A DNA stretch of 53,115 bases from Eubacteriales bacterium (GTDB lineage: Bacteria; Bacillota; Clostridia; Oscillospirales; JAAYXM01), in NCBI GenBank assembly GCA_045614365.1, contig JAZLCV010000050.1, positions 1 to 53,115 of the forward strand, written 5' to 3'. Of this stretch, positions 18,355-25,075 are shown in pieces; positions within the stretch are counted from its first letter, which is position 1, and every line of letters begins with the position of its first letter. A program made the position numbers and the translations under genes. The notes under the pieces were generated by a model. That model worked only from the letters and a program-made list of their open reading frames with translations, was not told the DNA's origin and searched no databases.

Positions 18355-18786
18355 TTATTTTTCTTTTGACTCAAGAAAAATTTTCCTTGTTGTGAAGTTA
18401 TAAACCGGCACAATTACCATTGCGAAGATTTTCACTATCAGGTAATATACCGACGTAAACTTAACCCCAAGCCATAAAATCAGCTGATTTAAACCCAAAC
18501 CACCAATGCTTAGCAATACAAAAATTATAAATTCGTAAACCTTGCTTTGCTTTTTGCTTTTAAAAACAAATGCCATACTTAAGAGATAGTTCACCGTGAC
18601 GGAAGCACAAAAGGAAATTGCGGATGAAAGAAGAATCTCCATATGCAAAAGCTCTTTTAATACAACAAGAACTCCCACATCCACAACGGCGGCTATAACG
18701 CCAACTATTGCAAACTTAATCAGTTGCATTGTCAATTTGTGATTTCCCCCGTTCACCGTAAACTTTATTCCTTGGCAAAAACCCAA
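18355..18786 (-). CDS. GtrA-family small membrane protein
   Basis: About 140 aa with 4 helices and the signature LIKFAIVGVIAAVVDVGVLVVL. The start is TTG 18786 (AGGAGA SD, overlapping the DGC 3' end) or ATG 18729. Confidence 0.8.
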   Translation of the reverse strand: MGFCQGIKFTVNGGNHKLTMQLIKFAIVGVIAAVVDVGVLVVLKELLHMEILLSSAISFCASVTVNYLLSMAFVFKSKKQSKVYEFIIFVLLSIGGLGLNQLILWLGVKFTSVYYLIVKIFAMVIVPVYNFTTRKIFLESKEK

Positions 18787-21077
18787 AGAGTCTCTCCTGC
18801 ATCGTCTTTATTATCAGTTAAATTGTGCACGCTTAGCTTTACAATTTCGCCATGCGTTTTCTTATATGTAATTGACGGAGTTTTCCCCTCTGCTATTTGT
18901 CTTTTTATCGCATCATAGTTCAAGAAGCTCACAACGGCTCTGTTGAAATCCGGATGCACCATATCGTGAATGTATTTTGAGAACAGCTTTGAGAAGTTTT
19001 CTTCATCTTCTTTATATCCGAGATATGATGGCATAAGAATACGGTGGGCACTGTCGTTTTCCAGCGATACTCTGTAAATACCGTTATAATGCTCTTTCAT
19101 AACCGATATCATCGCATCAATTTCCCTGATGCCGGTTTTCGTGAAAACGTAGCTTTCCTCTTTCTCTTTCGAAAGGCTTGTATGCTCTTTATTCTGATAA
19201 TAACGCGCTTTCTCCTCATACATCCGTATCTCGGCTTCTCTTACCATTTCCTCACAGTTTGTGTTCTGCGTTCTGTAAGAAGTGCCTATAGCTACATTAT
19301 ATCCCCTCGGTTTTAATTCTTCGATAAATGTTTCTATGCTGTCCTTAATGCTTTCCTGAGAGACCTTTTCCGCGAACACCAAAAATTCATCTCCGCCCAT
19401 ACGATAAACGCGGTGTCCGAAAAACACCTCTTTCAGCGTATTGGCAATGTAGATAAGCATTTCATCACCGGCGGCATGTCCGAACTTATTATTTATGGTA
19501 TGAAGCTCGTTTACATCAACGTAAATGCATGAAAAATCCTCCGGCTTTTCGCTGTCAAACACCGGAATGTCTTTTTTATACGATACACGATTCAACGCTC
19601 CGGTAAGAGAATCCGTCATCGCCGCAAGTTCTGTTTTATTGAGGTGCTTTTTGTTGTACATTGCAATCGAGAAACAAACAGCAACATCTTCAAAAATCTT
19701 TCTTGCAACAGAGCTTTTCTTCGGGTTGATGGTTCCGAGAATGCTTACATGGTTGTTCTTATCTGCTATGATTGCAAACGACACGTCTTTTATCTCATGC
19801 TTTATCAGGAATGAATACAGCTCTGTGTTTGTTCCCATAAGATGCTTGTTCGGTATAATCTGCATAACTCCGATAGAGGACTTGCTTGCACTGTGAATAT
19901 TTGCGGCGTATCGGAAAATCTCGCTCTGAAAATACGTTCTGTCTTCTCCCATCAAAAGCTTTTCCGCCAAAGACGGGTTGATATAGCAATAATCTTCGCC
20001 ATCAGTGTTCGCAAAAAAAGCAGAGCGCGAACCACAAAAATGCTTTATTCTTTTCATTGCTTCGGTTACGTTGGTGTACTGCTCGTTTGTTTCCAGAAGA
20101 AGCTTTCTTATAGCCGAAGATTCTGCATTCAAACGGCTTCTGCTTCTTTCGCTTTTCATTATCAATTGCAGATAGAATGCTATAATCAGAATAATCACAG
20201 CAAAAGTCATAAGCAAATTACGCGAAATCCTGTGCGATTCAGCAAACACCTGACTTTCATAACGAGCAAGCATAATGCCCCAGTTGAAATCCTCAAGCGT
20301 AGAGTAATGAACATACAAATTCTCGCCCGTGCGTATTGACTTGAAAGAGGAATATCCCTTATCCGTAGTTGCCAGTTCTTCATAAGAATAGTTGTCGTTA
20401 TATTCTCTGGTTTTGAGATCCAAAAGCTCTCCCGGTTCTTCGCTGATTGTATCTATAACAAACTTTCCGGTTTCTTTGTCATATACAAAGAGCTGTGCAT
20501 CAAGCTCCTTTGCCATCCCATTATACTTCTTGCCGATGGTTTCAAGCCGGATAACGCCGTACATAATACCGACGGTTTCGCCATTCACCTGAATCGGAAC
20601 TCCGCTTCGGATTACCTCTTCACCGGGAATTGAGTAGCTTACGGTTCTACCGGTAATATGCTCTCCTTTTAAGGCTTCTTTTTCAAAAGAAAGCTTTCCG
20701 CTGAGATTAAAGTTCCCGTCTTTAGTGATAAAAATGTCGTTCGGAGTTAAGATTCCGATTCTTGCAAACAAGCCGATGGGCTTGAACGAATCAAACATTC
20801 TGTCGTAGTTCTCGCCATCGGCATAAAGCTTTGCCGCAAAGTTTGCCATAGTGATAAGGTTTTCCCTATCGGACTTCAGCTGTAAAGTAAGGTCATCCTT
20901 GATTTGCTTTGTCTGGATATGCAACATTTCGTAAGCTTCATTCTCTGCTTTAAAAAAGAAGGAAGCAACCAAATTCAAAAACACCGCACATATTAAGACC
21001 GCAGCAATGACAGTGTATAAAATATTGTTTTCTCTCTGCTTCTTTCTTTCGTAAGTTATTGCCATTTCCACCTTCAT
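18765..21077 (-). CDS. Sensor diguanylate cyclase (TM, dCache-like, TM, GAF-like, GGDEF, extra C-terminal PAS-like domain)
   Basis: 770 aa with two TMs flanking a periplasmic-type domain of about 240 aa. The GGDEF domain is intact: DSLTGALNR, VDVNELHTINNKFGHAAGDEML, YRMGGDEFLVFA (GGDEF at 19383-19397). About 130 aa follow the cyclase domain. Confidence 0.85.
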   Translation of the reverse strand: MKVEMAITYERKKQRENNILYTVIAAVLICAVFLNLVASFFFKAENEAYEMLHIQTKQIKDDLTLQLKSDRENLITMANFAAKLYADGENYDRMFDSFKPIGLFARIGILTPNDIFITKDGNFNLSGKLSFEKEALKGEHITGRTVSYSIPGEEVIRSGVPIQVNGETVGIMYGVIRLETIGKKYNGMAKELDAQLFVYDKETGKFVIDTISEEPGELLDLKTREYNDNYSYEELATTDKGYSSFKSIRTGENLYVHYSTLEDFNWGIMLARYESQVFAESHRISRNLLMTFAVIILIIAFYLQLIMKSERSRSRLNAESSAIRKLLLETNEQYTNVTEAMKRIKHFCGSRSAFFANTDGEDYCYINPSLAEKLLMGEDRTYFQSEIFRYAANIHSASKSSIGVMQIIPNKHLMGTNTELYSFLIKHEIKDVSFAIIADKNNHVSILGTINPKKSSVARKIFEDVAVCFSIAMYNKKHLNKTELAAMTDSLTGALNRVSYKKDIPVFDSEKPEDFSCIYVDVNELHTINNKFGHAAGDEMLIYIANTLKEVFFGHRVYRMGGDEFLVFAEKVSQESIKDSIETFIEELKPRGYNVAIGTSYRTQNTNCEEMVREAEIRMYEEKARYYQNKEHTSLSKEKEESYVFTKTGIREIDAMISVMKEHYNGIYRVSLENDSAHRILMPSYLGYKEDEENFSKLFSKYIHDMVHPDFNRAVVSFLNYDAIKRQIAEGKTPSITYKKTHGEIVKLSVHNLTDNKDDAGETLWVFAKE

Positions 21078-21171
21078 CTTCTTTCTACCAATCGATTATA
21101 TCCCGCCAAAATATTCGCCGGATATTTACCTGTAATATACAACTATGGCATTGTATTATATATTCTGTTTA

Positions 21172-21200
21172 ATTATATCACATGCTTCATAGAAAATCAA
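21172..21200 (-). promoter_or_regulatory. Sigma-A-type promoter of the glycan operon
   Basis: On the minus strand: TTGATT (21195-21200), a 17-nt spacer, then TGaTATAAT (extended -10; TATAAT at 21172-21177). This leaves a leader of about 90 nt before ATG 21077. Confidence 0.5.
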
Positions 21201-21219
21201 CATTCCAGAGTACTAATAC

Positions 21220-21248
21220 TTGAATTTTTTACTTTTTTCAGTTATAAT
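21220..21248 (+). promoter_or_regulatory. Sigma-A-type promoter of the lipid kinase gene
   Basis: TTGAAT (21220-21225), 17 nt, TATAAT (21243-21248). Confidence 0.5.
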
Positions 21249-21279
21249 AGACACAGTTCGACATAAGGGTGATGGGAAT

Positions 21280-22143
21280 ATGAAAAAATACATTCTGTAC
21301 AATCCGCACGCAGGTGATGAATTCGGTGCGGAAAATGCAAAAAAACTCTATCCTCTGTATATCGGTCATGAGCTTTTTTACCATGATCTGACTCAGATTG
21401 ACGATTGGAGCCATTTTTTTGCTTCACTCGATTCCGAGGACGAGGTCATAATTTGCGGCGGTGACGGTACGCTCAGCCGATTTGTCAACTCCATCGACGG
21501 AATTGACATAAAAAATTCTATCCTATATTACGCCATAGGAAGCGGGAACGATTTTCTTCACGACCTTGACAAACCAAACGGTTCAGAGCCATTCCGTATA
21601 AATGAATACATCAGCGATCTTCCATATATATATCTGAATGGTGAGCGCCGCAAGTTTATCAATGGTATTGGTTACGGTCTTGACGGCTTTGTGTGCGAAC
21701 TCGGCAACGAAAGAAGAAAGAAGACCGGTAAGAGAATAAACTATACCTCCCTCGCGATAGAGGCAATTCTTTTTATGTTCAAGCCTGTAAACGCAACCGT
21801 CATACTCGATGGTGTTGAACACCGTTTCGAGCGAGTCTGGCTCACGCCGACAATGAAGGGAAGATATTTCGGCGGCGGTATGATGATTGCTCCAAACCGC
21901 CGGCGCGAGGATGAAGAACTTTCCGTTCTTGTTGCCCATGATTGCAGCAAGCTCCGCCTTCTCACCATCCTTCCGACCATTTTCAAAGGCGAGCATATAA
22001 AATTCAAAAAATATGTAAAGCAATACACGGCAAAGGAAGTAACAATTATCTACGACAAACCATGCGCCATGCAAATAGACGGGGAAACCGTCACGGGCGT
22101 TCGGGAATATTCCGCAGGCGTTTCCACCGCAGTAACAATATAG
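21280..22143 (+). CDS. Diacylglycerol-kinase-family lipid kinase (YegS/BmrU type)
   Basis: Motifs: MKKYILYNPHAG, ICGGDGTLSRFVN, AIGSGNDF. The start is set at ATG 21280. The track start at 21220 lies inside the promoter. Confidence 0.85.
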   Translation: MKKYILYNPHAGDEFGAENAKKLYPLYIGHELFYHDLTQIDDWSHFFASLDSEDEVIICGGDGTLSRFVNSIDGIDIKNSILYYAIGSGNDFLHDLDKPNGSEPFRINEYISDLPYIYLNGERRKFINGIGYGLDGFVCELGNERRKKTGKRINYTSLAIEAILFMFKPVNATVILDGVEHRFERVWLTPTMKGRYFGGGMMIAPNRRREDEELSVLVAHDCSKLRLLTILPTIFKGEHIKFKKYVKQYTAKEVTIIYDKPCAMQIDGETVTGVREYSAGVSTAVTI

Positions 22144-22145
22144 TA

Positions 22146-22168
22146 AAAGCCGCCCAATGGGCGGCTTT
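22146..22168. terminator. Bidirectional intrinsic terminator between convergent genes
   Basis: AAAGCCGCCC-aat-GGGCGGCTTT hairpin, with T-runs available on both strands. Confidence 0.75.
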
Positions 22169-22175
22169 CAGCTTT

Positions 22176-23543
22176 TTAACCTTCTTTTTCTACGCGCTTT
22201 ATTTTCTTTATAACGTAAATCATTATCGGCACAGCGAGCAAAAGCGTAAGGACATCTGCCGCTGCCTGCGCAGCTGCAACTCCCACCGCGCCCAGAAAGT
22301 GTGCCATTGGATACAAAATCGGGATAAAACAGCTTCCCTGGCGCGAGGTTGCAAGCAAGAAAGCTCCCCCTGCGTTTCCGAGGCTGTTACACAACATATT
22401 GACAACTGCAACCCAGGCGTGTATCGGAAGTGAAATGCACTGCAAACGTATGCACAGTGCGCCGATTCTTCGCATTTCCATATCCGTTCCTGCAAACTTC
22501 ACAATAAGCCAGTCTGCAAAAACAGCAAGGATAATTCCCATGGTAATAGAACCGATAAGCGCAACGGCAGAAGAAAATCCATAGCTTTTGCGTACCCTGT
22601 CATACCTCTTTGCACCCCAGTTAAAGCCTGCAACCGGTTGGAATCCGCTTCCAAATCCGAGAATTATGCTGAACGGGAACATCATTATCTTCGTACAAAC
22701 ACCAATTCCTGCCAGTACGGAATCCGAAATATTCCCGGCAAGGTCATTTAGCATAATGCTTGCCACCACAGCCAGCCCGCTTCTGAACATGGATGACGAA
22801 CCGACAGTGACAACCTCATACACAATATCCTTTGACGGGCGGAAATTCCGTAGCGACAAATGCAGCATACTGCGACGGGTTATATACGGAAAAATGAGAA
22901 TTACAAAGCTGACAAGCTTTGAAATTGCAGTTGCAAGCGATGCGCCCGCAACGCCCATATCAAGACCAAAAATGAAAATCGGGTCAAGAATACAGTTGAG
23001 AACTCCGCCAAATCCCATTCCTATCATAGAAAGCGTTGCGCTCCCCTCCGAGCGCAGGCATTGGTTCATAACAAAGCTTGATGCCATAAACGGAGCCGCA
23101 AGCAGAACGTATGCAGCGTATTCCACCGAATATTTTTCACATGTAGGCGTTGCTCCCAACAGCCGCACCATCGGCGTTATAAAGATACTGCCGAAAACCG
23201 TAAGAAGCAGACCTATCCCGAGCGCCGTAAAAAACGATGTAGACAAAACGCGGCTTGCTTTTTTGTCATCACCCTCGCCGAGAAGGCGCGCAATATAGCT
23301 ATTTGCGCCAAGCGCAAGCATCGATCCGCACATCATTATGAGCTGGTCAAGCGATGAGTTAACACTTACTGCCGCCGTGGCATTTGTTCCAAGCGAGCTT
23401 ACAAAATAAGTATCGGCAAGCGAATAAACCGAGTTTATCAGAAACGCGACAATCGTCGGTATCGCCATTTTCGGAATGATTTTATGTATCGGCTCGGACA
23501 GCATCATTGTACGCCGCGCCACTTGTCTTTTTTCGTCTTTCAC
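22176..23543 (-). CDS. MATE-family efflux transporter
   Basis: 455 aa with 12 TMs. The N-terminus IIPKMAIPTIVAFLINSVYSLADTYFVSSLG is typical of the family. GTG start after GAGGAAG. Confidence 0.9.
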   Translation of the reverse strand: MKDEKRQVARRTMMLSEPIHKIIPKMAIPTIVAFLINSVYSLADTYFVSSLGTNATAAVSVNSSLDQLIMMCGSMLALGANSYIARLLGEGDDKKASRVLSTSFFTALGIGLLLTVFGSIFITPMVRLLGATPTCEKYSVEYAAYVLLAAPFMASSFVMNQCLRSEGSATLSMIGMGFGGVLNCILDPIFIFGLDMGVAGASLATAISKLVSFVILIFPYITRRSMLHLSLRNFRPSKDIVYEVVTVGSSSMFRSGLAVVASIMLNDLAGNISDSVLAGIGVCTKIMMFPFSIILGFGSGFQPVAGFNWGAKRYDRVRKSYGFSSAVALIGSITMGIILAVFADWLIVKFAGTDMEMRRIGALCIRLQCISLPIHAWVAVVNMLCNSLGNAGGAFLLATSRQGSCFIPILYPMAHFLGAVGVAAAQAAADVLTLLLAVPIMIYVIKKIKRVEKEG

Positions 23544-24945
23544 CGAACTTCCTCTTTTCTCTTTTGTGCACTGACTTTATTATACCCCTTTTGCGGTTTT
23601 CAGTCAATAAAAAGGTTTTCGTTTCTTTTAGAACAATTCCCGAAAGGGAGATCACTGCGATAAGGTTCGGTACCATCATCATTCCGTTGAACACATCCGC
23701 AAGCTCCCACACTGTATTGACTTTCATAACCGCGCCAAGAAAAACAGACGCTGCGAACAGTATTCTGTATGCTTTTGCGACACTTTGTCTGTTTCCGCAA
23801 AGGTAACCCACACAGCGCTCGCCGTAATACGACCATCCGAGAATGGTTGAAAGCGCAAACATCACCGTCGCAACGGCGACAAATACCCCGCCGGAGCTTC
23901 CGAAATATTTTTCAAATGCCAGTGTTACCATTCCCGCACCTGAAGTTTCTCCGAGATGCGCTCCCGAACCGATGATAACCACCGACGTTACGGTGCAGAC
24001 AACTATCGTATCCACAAACACCTCAAATACGCCCCACAGTCCTTGCTGCACCGGACTTTTTGCATCTGCCGCGGCGTGCACTATGGGAGATGTTCCAAGT
24101 CCTGCCTCGTTAGAAAAAACACCCCTTGCAACCCCGTAACGCATGGCACTTCGCACTGCTGTTCCTGCTGCACCTCCGTATATTGCGCATGGCGCGATCG
24201 CTGAGGTTATTATCTCAAAAAAAGCATTATATGTATCCCGCGGCGAAATACATGCAACAGCCACGCCGCCAAGAATATACATTCCCGCCATTATCGGCAC
24301 AAGCAATGATGTCACATTTGATATCCCAGCAATTCCGCCGCTTGTTGCAAGCAACGCAATTACCGCAAGAACCACACCCCAGAAAAGATCAGGTATCTGC
24401 GTATACGGTTGCACCACCGTTGCAATTGAGCTTGACTGGTTCATTGCCCCCATTCCAAGGCACGCAAGCGCTCCTGAAAAAGCAAACATTACCGCAAGCC
24501 ATTTGTATTCTTTTCCGAGACCTTCTTCAATGTAATACATCGGTCCGCCACAGTATCCTTTTTTATCTTTACGTCGGAATTTCACGGCAAGAAAAATCTC
24601 TGCATATTTTACTGCCATTCCCAGAAGAGCCGACACCCACATCCAGAAAACAGCACCCGCTCCGCCCGCGGCAATGGCAGTTGCAACTCCCACAATATTT
24701 CCAGTTCCTATTGACGATGCAAGTGCAGAGCTGACGGCACGGTATGGCGAAATTCCGCCACCATTCCCTCTCTTTTTTCCGAGCAGTGTCCCAAAGGTTT
24801 CTTTTATCCATATATGCGAACGGAAAATCTGAAATCCGCGCAGAGAAACGGTAAGATACGCTCCGCATCCCATAAGTAAAATAAGCATCGGCGCGCCCCA
24901 CAGGGTTCCGTTCACCGCCTGTATTATCCTTGAAACAGTTTCCAT
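23482..24945 (-). CDS. Alanine/glycine:cation symporter (AGCS family)
   Basis: Motifs: GISPYRAVSSALASSIGTGNIVGVATAIAAGGAGAVFWMW, FSNEAGLGTSPIVHAAA. Confidence 0.9.
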   Translation of the reverse strand: METVSRIIQAVNGTLWGAPMLILLMGCGAYLTVSLRGFQIFRSHIWIKETFGTLLGKKRGNGGGISPYRAVSSALASSIGTGNIVGVATAIAAGGAGAVFWMWVSALLGMAVKYAEIFLAVKFRRKDKKGYCGGPMYYIEEGLGKEYKWLAVMFAFSGALACLGMGAMNQSSSIATVVQPYTQIPDLFWGVVLAVIALLATSGGIAGISNVTSLLVPIMAGMYILGGVAVACISPRDTYNAFFEIITSAIAPCAIYGGAAGTAVRSAMRYGVARGVFSNEAGLGTSPIVHAAADAKSPVQQGLWGVFEVFVDTIVVCTVTSVVIIGSGAHLGETSGAGMVTLAFEKYFGSSGGVFVAVATVMFALSTILGWSYYGERCVGYLCGNRQSVAKAYRILFAASVFLGAVMKVNTVWELADVFNGMMMVPNLIAVISLSGIVLKETKTFLLTENRKRGIIKSVHKREKRKFGERRKKTSGAAYNDAVRADT

Positions 24946-25025
24946 ACTCTCACTCCCGTTCTATGTGAGAATATGAAAACTGAGCAAAAAGTATTACAAC
25001 ATTTCTTTTTTCTTTCTACGCAATG

Positions 25026-25059
25026 GGGCTTGTAGCAAAATGCGTTTTGCTACAAGCCC
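25026..25059 (-). terminator. Strong hairpin downstream of tex
   Basis: A perfect 15-bp stem: GGGCTTGTAGCAAAA-tgcg-TTTTGCTACAAGCCC. The U-tract lies on the plus-strand side (TTTGTTATTTT), not the tex side. Confidence 0.6.
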
Positions 25060-25075
25060 TTTGTTATTTTAATTC

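Noticed and set aside
21078-21171. I looked for a c-di-GMP riboswitch in the roughly 90-nt leader of the glycan operon.
   Set aside because: I could find no GEMM-I or GEMM-II conserved cores. Only a short dyad is present, and it is reported separately at low interest.
22588-23298. A 236-aa plus-strand ORF.
   Set aside because: It lies entirely antisense to the MATE transporter gene. Its sequence is low-complexity (Pro/Ser/Arg/Ile-rich) with no start context. This is a typical shadow ORF of a strongly coding opposite strand.
23482-23543. A 62-nt overlap between the symporter 3' end and the MATE 5' end. I considered a frameshift or pseudogene.
   Set aside because: Both ORFs are full-length with all expected helices. 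The MATE GTG start has a GAGGAAG SD. The overlap only involves a basic, probably unstructured symporter tail. The alternative Met starts (23507/23504) also overlap.
24946-25025. I looked for a glycine riboswitch upstream of the alanine/glycine symporter.
   Set aside because: The leader is only about 80 nt after the tex hairpin. It lacks the GGAGAG...CACCGAAGGGGCAA-type cores. Only a GGGAG SD and a weak promoter-like TTGTAA...TCATAT are present.
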